Source: a virus (lineage: Duplodnaviria > Caudoviricetes). Taken from it: DNA of 64,000 bases. Each line of letters opens with the position of its first letter. Within the stretch, counting starts at the first letter, position 1. Shown here one piece after another: positions 55,010 to 63,776 of this stretch. The translations under genes and the position numbers were made by a program. The stretch lies in the IMG/VR virus record IMGVR_UViG_3300046694_000619; one strand, given 5' to 3'. The notes under the pieces were generated by a model. That model had not been told where the DNA came from. It was given only the letters and a program-made list of their open reading frames with translations, and made no database searches.

Positions 55010-55453
55010 TTATCGAATCCCGTCCCGGTAGAACTGGCGCGAGTATCGGCCTTCCCGGCGCTCCCACCGTTCTTCGTGGCCGATACCAGGTCGGCCGCCG
55101 ACGAAAGTTATGAGCGGGCGGTCATGTCCCATTCTGGTCGTTCGAATGAGCCCGCCCGTGCCTTCGACAATGACCGTCATCGTAATGGGGTCGACAATCC
55201 AAATCGGCGCTACGGCACCGAAATGGCAGATTGGGTTGGTCGTAAGGACGAAAAGGCCGTCCTCGAGCGCGTGCACCCGCAGCGGTCTGCATCGCACATC
55301 GAGCGGAACGGCTGACCGGGCTTCGATAACGTGCGTGAACACAGGAGAGGCGACGAGCCAGTCGTCACTGTCGATTGAGATTTCAGTTGCGAAAGCAGAG
55401 TGCGCAAGCATTGCGGTACCAACCGCCAGAGCGGCTCGGAAGAGTTTCACCAT
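55010..55453 (-). CDS. Secreted protein (paralogue B)
   Basis: Signal peptide; EISIDSDDW..ASP, two Cys, APIWIV, EERW. Confidence 0.65.
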   Translation of the reverse strand: MVKLFRAALAVGTAMLAHSAFATEISIDSDDWLVASPVFTHVIEARSAVPLDVRCRPLRVHALEDGLFVLTTNPICHFGAVAPIWIVDPITMTVIVEGTGGLIRTTRMGHDRPLITFVGGRPGIGHEERWERREGRYSRQFYRDGIR

Positions 55454-55455
55454 GG

Positions 55456-55896
55456 TCACGCTCCCGGGCACATAACGCGACCGCGCTTGACGTGCCGCTG
55501 GTCAACCAGCTTCGGGTCAATGGCCGCGGCTTGCTCGTACGCATAACGCGCTGTCACGCAATCCTTGCGCACCGCGCTGACGAAAGAGAGGTCCGCCTGG
55601 GCGTCACCGTTGCTTGGAGCCACGCGCGTGGCGGAGACGAGCACAGCCTGCGCGTTGTCGAAGTCCTGCAGGCGCATCAGGGCGCGCCCGAGCTCGCCCA
55701 TCAGTACGCCATCGGAGGAGTCGACAGACTGGATGAAGATGCGCACGCCGGCCTGGTAATCCGACTGGCTTTGGGCCTGGTCCCGGATGAACCGAATCTT
55801 CTCGAGGAAGAAATCATCGGGCGTGTTGGCCATAGCGCTCGCGACGGCCAGACCAAGGCCGAGCGCCAGCAGAGTTTTCTTGAACATCAGGAGCAT
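55456..55896 (-). CDS. Secreted TPR-like protein
   Basis: Signal peptide; ELGRALMRLQDFDNA...AP.N..A...L; AY.QA.AIDP. Confidence 0.7.
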   Translation of the reverse strand: MLLMFKKTLLALGLGLAVASAMANTPDDFFLEKIRFIRDQAQSQSDYQAGVRIFIQSVDSSDGVLMGELGRALMRLQDFDNAQAVLVSATRVAPSNGDAQADLSFVSAVRKDCVTARYAYEQAAAIDPKLVDQRHVKRGRVMCPGA

Positions 55897-55929
55897 TTCT
55901 CCGTGATAGAGGATGCTCCCGTATAGCTT

Positions 55930-56343
55930 TTACGATGACCCGTCTGAGTGGCGCTTGAGCAATTCCGTGATGGGCACAGAGACACTGCTGTCTATCGACG
56001 CCTCGAGCCGCGTCTTACCCCAGAGTCGGTGCCGGACTTCCTGGAACAGGGCCACGTTTTTGCGGCATCTCGCTTCCGTCTCCTTGCCCGGCGCCGAGTC
56101 TGCCAGTGATTGTTCCCACTGCTGCCCGTACAGAAGCGCGAGCATCGCGGCGCGAAGCTCGTTGGAAGTCATCTTCGCGAGCTTCTTTCCTTTGATGGCC
56201 GTGAGGCCCGCTATCTCTTCCCGAATGGTGTCGGCCGCAGGCCCTTCGCCCGAATAGGCATCGAGCAAGGATTCGCGGTCGAGCAGCGCCCATTCGCGCG
56301 CGCGTTGCACCAGGGTGTCGTCAGAGTAGCGGGGCACGTTCAA
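55930..56343 (-). CDS. Hypothetical protein
   Basis: Open frame with plausible codon usage; TTG start uncertain. Confidence 0.55.
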   Translation of the reverse strand: MNVPRYSDDTLVQRAREWALLDRESLLDAYSGEGPAADTIREEIAGLTAIKGKKLAKMTSNELRAAMLALLYGQQWEQSLADSAPGKETEARCRKNVALFQEVRHRLWGKTRLEASIDSSVSVPITELLKRHSDGSS

Positions 56344-56384
56344 TCACTCAGCGTAAATGGCGGGTCATTTGAGCATGAATGTGC

Positions 56385-56851
56385 TCAAGCGTCCACCAGG
56401 CCCAGCTTCGCCATGATGACCGCGAACACCGCCTCCCAGTCGCCTGTGAAGGGGATGAGCGTGCCTGGAAAATTCTGCGCGTTGGCCCACTTGGGCATGT
56501 CGTCGACCAGAAAGTCTCGCGCCGTGCCCACCGCGCCTTTGTCCGGCGAGATGATGACCTTGTCGTGCAGCTTCGGCAGCATGTCGATGGTCCACAACAG
56601 TTTTTCAGTCGCGGCGTAGGGGTTGCTTCCGGGAATCTTGGTGAGTCCCCACGGGTCCAGTCCGAGTGTTTCCACGCGGTCAACCGCTTCCGACGCACCT
56701 TTGATAGCGACAAGTGCCGGTAGGCGCCGGCCACGCGCTTGAATTGCGTGGGCGTCATCCCTTGGGCCGTAGCCGCGCCGATGAAGTCCCCCGTCGTGCC
56801 GTCAAAATCGAAATAGACGCGGGGCACGTCGCGATAGTTTCTGACTCCCAT
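56385..56851 (-). pseudogene. 5'(3')-deoxyribonucleotidase (HAD/NT5C-like), frameshifted
   Basis: VYFDFDG in one frame; EK..W...IISPDK....DFLVDD in another; the join needs one extra base at ~56706-56710. Confidence 0.75.
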
Positions 56852-56868
56852 ATCGAATCCTTACTTGG

Positions 56869-57243
56869 TCAATTGCATTGTGTGTTGCGCATAGGCACCT
56901 GATAGACGTCGAAATTGTCGTCAATCTGGTGCGCTTCAACGATGGTGACGACTGCATTGCAGACGTCGTCGTGCGGAAATTCCACCGTATGCACGGTGGT
57001 ATGCCGCAAACGTACCGGCGCAGTCCCTTCGTACCGCACAGGCTTGAGCTTGGTGTGGTACTTCGGCTCCCACGTCACCGAGATGCGTGCGTGCTGTGCG
57101 TTATCCACGGTCATCGTGTACTGGGTCGGTCCGCGGAATACAGCCGTTGCGTTCGCCATACACGCGGGACCGCATCCTTCCTGCGAGGCTAGGGCGGCAA
57201 GCGGTGCCAAGCTCAGCAGCGCGGCGAAAAACAGCTTCTTCAT
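56869..57243 (-). CDS. Secreted hypothetical protein
   Basis: MKKLFFAALL signal peptide; GAGG RBS. Confidence 0.65.
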   Translation of the reverse strand: MKKLFFAALLSLAPLAALASQEGCGPACMANATAVFRGPTQYTMTVDNAQHARISVTWEPKYHTKLKPVRYEGTAPVRLRHTTVHTVEFPHDDVCNAVVTIVEAHQIDDNFDVYQVPMRNTQCN

Positions 57244-57266
57244 CTTTTGCCTCTCGATAGTTCGGG

Positions 57267-57785
57267 TTACGCAGTGCAGGCGTCGCAGCGAACCTTCCGG
57301 TTCTGCATGCAATAAGACGGGGGAGTCGCGCACGCGTTGGTCACCGCGCTGACCAGGTTGTCGATGTTGCCCGGGTCGATGGCGTAGTGCACGAACTGCG
57401 GGCAGGCATCGTCCCAGGCCGTGACCGCCGTTACGCTCTCTCGAGCCTGATTGGCAGGCGCACCCGACAGAACCCCTTTCATTGCCGGCGACAGCCTCAA
57501 AGTCAGGTCGTTCGCGACCAGCGGAGAAACCTCGTGAACAGCGGCATCCACGCGGATGTTGCGTTCACGCAGCCAGGTCAACGCGGAAGCTAATCCGGCC
57601 GCAATGGGCTCACCCGTAAATTCAAAGCGATGTAGCACCGCACCCCGCGGGTCATGCAGCACCGCCACCCCCGGCGTTCCGAGACACGCGTGCCCTTGAA
57701 GTGCGAGCTCCGGCGCGCCACCGTCGACGACGCAGAGGGATAGCTCAATCCGGCCCGCCTTGGGCGCGAGAATCAAAATATTCAT
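57267..57785 (-). CDS. Degenerate acetate-kinase N-lobe-like protein
   Basis: MNILIL..., AL.WL....I.VDAAVHEV, W...CPQFVHY loosely echo the AckA N-terminal half; no C-lobe. Confidence 0.4.
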   Translation of the reverse strand: MNILILAPKAGRIELSLCVVDGGAPELALQGHACLGTPGVAVLHDPRGAVLHRFEFTGEPIAAGLASALTWLRERNIRVDAAVHEVSPLVANDLTLRLSPAMKGVLSGAPANQARESVTAVTAWDDACPQFVHYAIDPGNIDNLVSAVTNACATPPSYCMQNRKVRCDACTA

Positions 57786-57933
57786 GGGTTTGGGTCTCCG
57801 GGACGCCGATTTCGATAGCGAATTATACCATTAAATAAGCATCACGCCGCGTCGGTCTGCATCCGTATACCGTAAAATTGGCATTCGGCACATTTAACGG
57901 TATACTAGCGACGACCCACTCGAAAGCATCGCT

Positions 57934-59124
57934 ATGACCACTATCGCCCGCGCGAGGACCTCGCACGCCCACGAAAATCTCAACATCCTCGAAACCGTCG
58001 CCCGAGCCGGATGGCAGGATGCGAACGTTCTCCGGCCTGACCAGGTACTCGGTGGAGTTGTAAAGTTGCTACTCGGAAACCAATACATCTGCGTCCGCCT
58101 AGTGGTGAACGACGGCGGGGATACTGGCCCGCTACTTGGCGCCATTGAGCGAGACGTGCTCAACCGTTCGGACTACCTGGAGTCCTACATCATCCTGGCC
58201 GGGTACCCGAATGCAGAAATCAAGTCGTATAAAGCTAGGCTTTCAGCTATCAAGTCGAAACTGGTGACGGCGGGGTCGCCTGAAGCGTTTATCGTATGGC
58301 TCCGCGGTAGGCTTGGGCCATTGGCAAAGCTCCCGCTGTCCTCGCCTTTGCGAAAATTGGCTGAACCGTTTCGATGCGCAATCGGGAAGCCCGAGCCGCT
58401 TGAAAAACGGCCGATAGTCGGCTCATACGTGGGTTCGCCTATCGAGCCTTCGTACGCATTGGGTCAGTTGGGGGTACAGGCTATCGCGACACTTATCGGC
58501 TACACGAGGAGTGAAAGTGACGTCATCAATCTGGAAGCTGACCGCAAGTGGCAACGTAAAGATGTCGATTTGGAAATTCGCGAATTCACTACGCTGCTCA
58601 ATAGAATTCTTGTCGAAGTGAAAAACGAAGATAAATATACAGGGAACTTAGTTCTCGAGAAATACAGCAAATATGCTTGGAAGAAAGACTGGTTCGTCAT
58701 GAAAGACGGCCAGTACGTCGTAAAGAATGGCCGCTATGTTAAAAGGCCGGACCGGCACGACATGGGAAACGATAAAACGGCCGGGTGGTTCAAGTACAGT
58801 GAGGCGGAATGTCTCGTCACTTGCCTGTGGAAGTCGAAAGACGTCGTGATTTTTGACATGGAGAAGCTACGGGAATGGGTGGCATCCAGGCTCAAGAAAA
58901 TTCCGCTATTAGAAGGTACTGTACCGCAACAGGATTATCTGTCGCAATTCTATTGCGTGGACATCAACGAAGTCCTTACGGACCTGCCGGACGCGGTACA
59001 TCTTCGGCTTTCTGATTGGCTTCCGAATCTGTATGGGAATCAAGAGAGTTTGCAGCCCAGCTTGGTACACGCCAGTGTGCAAAGTGAGAAGACGCTGTTT
59101 CCGTTGCGTCTTGACTTTGCCTAG
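57934..59124 (+). CDS. PD-(D/E)xK nuclease-fold protein
   Basis: WQRKDVDLEI...LVEVKNED.YTGNLVLE...GWF.YSEA; lower GC. Confidence 0.7.
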   Translation: MTTIARARTSHAHENLNILETVARAGWQDANVLRPDQVLGGVVKLLLGNQYICVRLVVNDGGDTGPLLGAIERDVLNRSDYLESYIILAGYPNAEIKSYKARLSAIKSKLVTAGSPEAFIVWLRGRLGPLAKLPLSSPLRKLAEPFRCAIGKPEPLEKRPIVGSYVGSPIEPSYALGQLGVQAIATLIGYTRSESDVINLEADRKWQRKDVDLEIREFTTLLNRILVEVKNEDKYTGNLVLEKYSKYAWKKDWFVMKDGQYVVKNGRYVKRPDRHDMGNDKTAGWFKYSEAECLVTCLWKSKDVVIFDMEKLREWVASRLKKIPLLEGTVPQQDYLSQFYCVDINEVLTDLPDAVHLRLSDWLPNLYGNQESLQPSLVHASVQSEKTLFPLRLDFA

Positions 59125-59128
59125 TCGC

Positions 59129-59365
59129 CTACTTCCGGTTGCCGTTCTGGACGAAGTAGCCGGACTCGAAGGCGTGCTTAAGCCGCTTGTATAGGTCCAC
59201 TGCGCGCTCCGGACTACCCTCGTAAGGCATCTCGAAGCCGACGACCTTGTACATGTGCTGGCCCGTCACAGGACCAATCCGATGCTCAATCTGGAGACCT
59301 TCGGGAACAACAAACGGCACAGTCGGGGTTTCAGGCGTGGGGGCAGTCGGTTTGACGGAGGGCAT
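59129..59365 (-). CDS. Hypothetical protein
   Basis: Short ORF convergent with the nuclease. Confidence 0.5.
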   Translation of the reverse strand: MPSVKPTAPTPETPTVPFVVPEGLQIEHRIGPVTGQHMYKVVGFEMPYEGSPERAVDLYKRLKHAFESGYFVQNGNRK

Positions 59366-59429
59366 GATGTTGGACGCGGCTTATACTTTTGAATGACTTT
59401 CAGTATAACATAAAAGAACCTTTCACGAT

Positions 59430-61169
59430 ATGAAGCCCCGGTTTACCCTCTCCCGGATTTCGCTTGTCGGTGCCTTGCTCACAGCATCCGCCGCGGCATT
59501 CGCCTCGGACTATTTCGTCGTGGTGCCGGTGCCGAATCGCACTGCCACCGCAGGCAATATTCTCGTGACGCTCCACGGCTATTCGCTACCGGCCGGCGTG
59601 GTCGGCCGCGCATACCCGGGGTTCGACTTCAACTCCGCGCTGCAGGTGCAAGGCGACCCGAGCTATGACCCGGCCAATGTACGCTGGTCTGTTGCGGGCG
59701 GCGCGCTGCCCGCGGGACTCTCGCTTTCCGCCGACGGAAAGCTGGGCGGTACTCCAACAGCGGGCGCGACTTCGAGTTTCCAAGTCCTGGCTGCCTACAA
59801 AACGAAGGCTGGACAGCAGGCTTATCAGGTGCTGGTCGCTGACATCACCGTCGCGCTCGCGGCTGATTCAGCGATGTCTGCCGGTGTCCAGGGCGCACCC
59901 TACAGCTACGACCTGACTTCGCGGCTGACCGTCACTGGCGACGCGCAATACACGCCGGCACAGGTTACATGGTCGCTCGCCGGCGGCTCGCTGCCGGCAG
60001 GCCTGCAGCTGAACACGAACGGCACCATCACCGGCGTGCCGAGCGCGGAGGGGACGTTTCCATTCACGGTAAAGGCCAGCTATCTGAACAAAGCCGGCCA
60101 GCAAAGCTATCAGGTCATCGTAGGCGCCATCACGGTGAGCCTGACGGGCGCCGCGCTGCCGGCAATGCTGGCGGGGGCGGCCATTCCCGCGTATGACCTG
60201 AAGCAGAATCTCTCGATTTCTGGCGACGCAGCCTATGCCGGGGATGGTGCAGGGGTGACCTGGAGCGTCACCGGCTCGCTTCCCGCGGGCCTCACGCTGG
60301 GCGCCGATGGGCGTGTCACGGGCACGCCGACGGCCGTTGGCAACTCAAGCCTCGCGGTCACCGCCGGGTACAAGAGCAAGGTGACGGCCCCGGCCACCTA
60401 CACCATGTCGGTCACCGCCAATCTGAAGGACAACGGCAGCTACCGCGCGTGGTCCGACGGAACGTATGCGGCAAGCTGCCAGGCCTACCTGAGCGCGAGC
60501 GCGCCTTATAACTACGCCGGCGCAACGGGCAATGGGGTGTACCGCGTCAACATCGGCGGGACGCCGACAGACGTCTATTGCAACCAGACGCTCAATGGTG
60601 GCGGCTGGACGCTCGTTATGAAGCAGGCAGCCGGTGACGGCGGGACGTTGGAGGGCGATACGGGCTACTGGACAAGTGGCACGACGCTTAATGACACGGC
60701 GTCCGGGCGTAACACGAACGACGGAAACTTCGTGTCGACGGCCTTCGCGCGCATGAGCGCGACGCAATACATGCTGCAGGCAGCCAACGAGTCTACGGTC
60801 AAGACCTATGTGCGCAGTGCCTCGACGCCGCAATTCGCATTCAGCGATTCAACGCGCACCATGCGGCAAGACCCGAATGGGACCAGCGCAACGACGGACT
60901 GGTTCATCCACACGTCCGCCTATCCGAATGGACAGGCTCTGACGGTTGCCATATTCGGCGTGAACTTCCAGGAACTCTACAGCGCGAACGCCTTTGCGTG
61001 CGGCGCGCGCTGGGGATGGGCCGCCAACCAGGATTCTGGAAGCAGCTTTGTGGGCACGTTCGACGCTTGCGGTGGCTTGGGAGCCTATGGAGACGCCTAC
61101 GGCTCCTCTGGCATGAATGGGACCAAGAATGCCTGGCAGCCGGCCACGCTTTACCTCTGGGCGAAGTAA
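59430..61169 (+). CDS. Secreted adhesin: 3 putative-Ig repeats + fibrinogen-like domain
   Basis: Signal peptide, DYFVVVPVPNRTA; SC..Y...GNGVY...VYCNQTLNGGGWTLV. Confidence 0.85.
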   Translation: MKPRFTLSRISLVGALLTASAAAFASDYFVVVPVPNRTATAGNILVTLHGYSLPAGVVGRAYPGFDFNSALQVQGDPSYDPANVRWSVAGGALPAGLSLSADGKLGGTPTAGATSSFQVLAAYKTKAGQQAYQVLVADITVALAADSAMSAGVQGAPYSYDLTSRLTVTGDAQYTPAQVTWSLAGGSLPAGLQLNTNGTITGVPSAEGTFPFTVKASYLNKAGQQSYQVIVGAITVSLTGAALPAMLAGAAIPAYDLKQNLSISGDAAYAGDGAGVTWSVTGSLPAGLTLGADGRVTGTPTAVGNSSLAVTAGYKSKVTAPATYTMSVTANLKDNGSYRAWSDGTYAASCQAYLSASAPYNYAGATGNGVYRVNIGGTPTDVYCNQTLNGGGWTLVMKQAAGDGGTLEGDTGYWTSGTTLNDTASGRNTNDGNFVSTAFARMSATQYMLQAANESTVKTYVRSASTPQFAFSDSTRTMRQDPNGTSATTDWFIHTSAYPNGQALTVAIFGVNFQELYSANAFACGARWGWAANQDSGSSFVGTFDACGGLGAYGDAYGSSGMNGTKNAWQPATLYLWAK

Positions 61170-61196
61170 CCACCGCCCCCACGACACGGAATCACA

Positions 61197-63197
61197 ATGA
61201 ACAGATTCACGATGAAAAAAATCGCCATTGCAGCGCTGCTTTCGGCCAGCATGGCGCCGGCCTTTGCCGCTAACTATTACGTCGTGGTGCCAGTACCGAA
61301 TCGCACCGCTACCGCGGGCAACATCCTGGTCAGCCTCAACGGCTACGGTCTGCCGCAAGGTCAGGTTGGCGACGCTTACGCGGGCTTCGACTTCAACAGC
61401 GTGCTGCAGGTTAAAGGCGACCCGGGTTTCGACGCCAGCAGCGTGCGCTGGTCTATGGCCAGCGGTGCGCTTCCCGCGGGACTTTCGCTTGGCGCGGATG
61501 GCAAACTTACCGGCACTCCGACGGTGGCGGGCACAGCGAGCTTCCAGGTGTTGGCCGCCTACAAGACCAAGGCCGGGCAGCAGGCCTACACGGTGACCGT
61601 CAACAACCTGGTCGTGACTCTTGCGTCCGGCGGGCTTCCCACGGGTGTGCAGGGTGCCGCATACAGCTTCGACCTGAAAGCGCGGCTGTCGGTCAGTGGA
61701 GACCCCGCATACACAGGTGCGGGTGTGACCTGGAGTGTGTCATCGGGAAGCCTGCCCTCAGGCCTGAGTCTCGGAGCCGATGGCGTCATCTCTGGCGTGC
61801 CCACCGACGAAAACGCTGGAACTCCGTTCACTGTGAAGGCGGCCTACAAGACCCGAGCGGGTCAGCAGGTCTACCAGGTTGTTGTGGGCGCTATCGTCGT
61901 GACACTGAGCAATGCCGCGCTTCCCGCGGGAAAGCAGGGCGCTGCCTACTCGTTCGACTTGAGCTCAAAGCTCCAGGTGACCGGCGACGCGGCCTACGCA
62001 GGCTCGGCTGTGACGTGGAGTGTGGTATCGGGCAGCCTGCCCGCCGGCCTGAGGCTTGGCGCGAATGGCGTCATCTCTGGCGTGCCGACGGCGGAGAGCA
62101 CCGGTACGCCATTCACTGTACAGGCGACCTACAAGGCGAAGAACGGCCAGCAGTCGTATCTGGTGACGGTCCCCGCTATTGTGGTGTCGCTCTCCGCGAC
62201 GACCCTGCCGAAAGCCACCAACAACGAAGCCTACAGCTTTAATTTCAGCCCTTACGTGAGCGTTACCGGTGACGCAGCCTATGGCGGCTCCGGCATTACA
62301 TGGTCCGTTGCAAGCGGCACGTTGCCGGTGGGACTGACGCTTGATTCGACGACAGGCATCCTTTCGGGCAAACCGGTCGGTGCGACGACGGGCACCTCCG
62401 TGACGGTGCAGGCCGCATACAAGACCAAGACGGGGCAGTACGCCTACAGCCTGGTCGTGGCCACAACGCCGGTCGTTCTGGCACCGACGAGTTTTGCAAG
62501 CGGCGGCACGCCTCAGGCAATGTTCTACGAGGACCAGACCGTCGCTGCGTCCTGCAAGAACTATCACGCGGGCAACGCTAACTACGCGGCGGCGACCGCC
62601 AGCGGCTACTACTGGGTCAACATGGGCGCGGGTATCGAGCGCGCGTATTGCGACATGACGACCGCGGGAGGTGGATGGACGCTTGTCGCGCGCTCGGGCG
62701 GGGCAGTCGTGACCAATGCGACGTACTGCAACGCGGGCGTCTCGGGCGTGAATACGCCGTTCGGATGGTCAGTCGCGCGTGGTTCGCCGGGCGATACGAG
62801 CAACCCCTACTCGATGGGCGTATTCACGCGCAGCCTTGCCTTCTCCGAAGTCCTGATTGGCGATGCCTCGGGCACGTCCAACAGCTGGGGCGCGCACGTG
62901 TTTCAGCAGCCGGTTCCAGCCAACTTCAGGACCGCCCTGACGACGACCGACGTGCCACTGCCGGTGGCCGCCGCATTCCCGATGGCTCAATACATGGGCC
63001 ATACCACGGACGCCACGCAGTATTTCTTCCGGGATGTGCCTGATGGCACACGAAGCCAGGCGCAGGCCTACGGGCTTCACGCCGATGGTTGGCAGACCTG
63101 CTATGGCGACGGTCCGAACACGCTGTCGCCACAAGCGTTCCCCGCCAGCTACGGCGGAAGCATCAACTATCGTCACGGCATGTTGATGGTTCGGTGA
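61197..63197 (+). CDS. Secreted adhesin: 4 putative-Ig repeats + fibrinogen-like domain
   Basis: Signal peptide, NYYVVVPVPNRTA; SCK.Y...SGYYW...AYCDMTTAGGGWTLV; ends MLMVR. Confidence 0.85.
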   Translation: MNRFTMKKIAIAALLSASMAPAFAANYYVVVPVPNRTATAGNILVSLNGYGLPQGQVGDAYAGFDFNSVLQVKGDPGFDASSVRWSMASGALPAGLSLGADGKLTGTPTVAGTASFQVLAAYKTKAGQQAYTVTVNNLVVTLASGGLPTGVQGAAYSFDLKARLSVSGDPAYTGAGVTWSVSSGSLPSGLSLGADGVISGVPTDENAGTPFTVKAAYKTRAGQQVYQVVVGAIVVTLSNAALPAGKQGAAYSFDLSSKLQVTGDAAYAGSAVTWSVVSGSLPAGLRLGANGVISGVPTAESTGTPFTVQATYKAKNGQQSYLVTVPAIVVSLSATTLPKATNNEAYSFNFSPYVSVTGDAAYGGSGITWSVASGTLPVGLTLDSTTGILSGKPVGATTGTSVTVQAAYKTKTGQYAYSLVVATTPVVLAPTSFASGGTPQAMFYEDQTVAASCKNYHAGNANYAAATASGYYWVNMGAGIERAYCDMTTAGGGWTLVARSGGAVVTNATYCNAGVSGVNTPFGWSVARGSPGDTSNPYSMGVFTRSLAFSEVLIGDASGTSNSWGAHVFQQPVPANFRTALTTTDVPLPVAAAFPMAQYMGHTTDATQYFFRDVPDGTRSQAQAYGLHADGWQTCYGDGPNTLSPQAFPASYGGSINYRHGMLMVR

Positions 63198-63324
63198 TGA
63201 GCGCCAGTTGCCTGGCAGGTCGCGTTGCTCCACGTTGGAAGGTACCAGCGTACGTCCTCTATCTCGTGGCCGCGGGTATCACGATTTTTATCTAGTTTCC
63301 TATCAAGGATGGTTTGCAAACAGA

Positions 63325-63720
63325 ATGAGTAAAAGGCTTTTGTTCGTCTACGGGACGCTCAAACGCGGCGAGTTCAACGATTTGAGTCGATATAGGCCCA
63401 CCCCGGCATACCAGGGAGACGGCTGGGTGCGCGGACTCCTTTATGACCTGGGTCATTGTCCGGCAATGGTTCATAACGACGACGCAGGGGAGGTGTGGGG
63501 TGAGGTGTTTGAGCTTGATGAGAGTCTCTTCGAAGCGCTCGACCGGTACGAAGCACAGTGCGGTGACTATGCACTCGAGCACGTAACCGTCCATATGGCC
63601 GAGCGAACACTCACGGCGTGCGCTTACCTGTTCAGGCCGGATGTAACGAACTTGGGACCTGCCATTTCAGCCGGAAGGTGGTCGAACAGGCAGGCGTCGC
63701 GCGAAACAAGAGTTGCATAA
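63325..63720 (+). CDS. Gamma-glutamylcyclotransferase family protein
   Basis: LFVYGTLKRG..N, LYDLG..PA, V.GEV, LD.YE. Confidence 0.9.
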   Translation: MSKRLLFVYGTLKRGEFNDLSRYRPTPAYQGDGWVRGLLYDLGHCPAMVHNDDAGEVWGEVFELDESLFEALDRYEAQCGDYALEHVTVHMAERTLTACAYLFRPDVTNLGPAISAGRWSNRQASRETRVA

Positions 63721-63776
63721 GACAAGGCGTCACGGACCTAAGTCGGTGACGCCCTCAAACAGGTAGTTCTGTGCGT

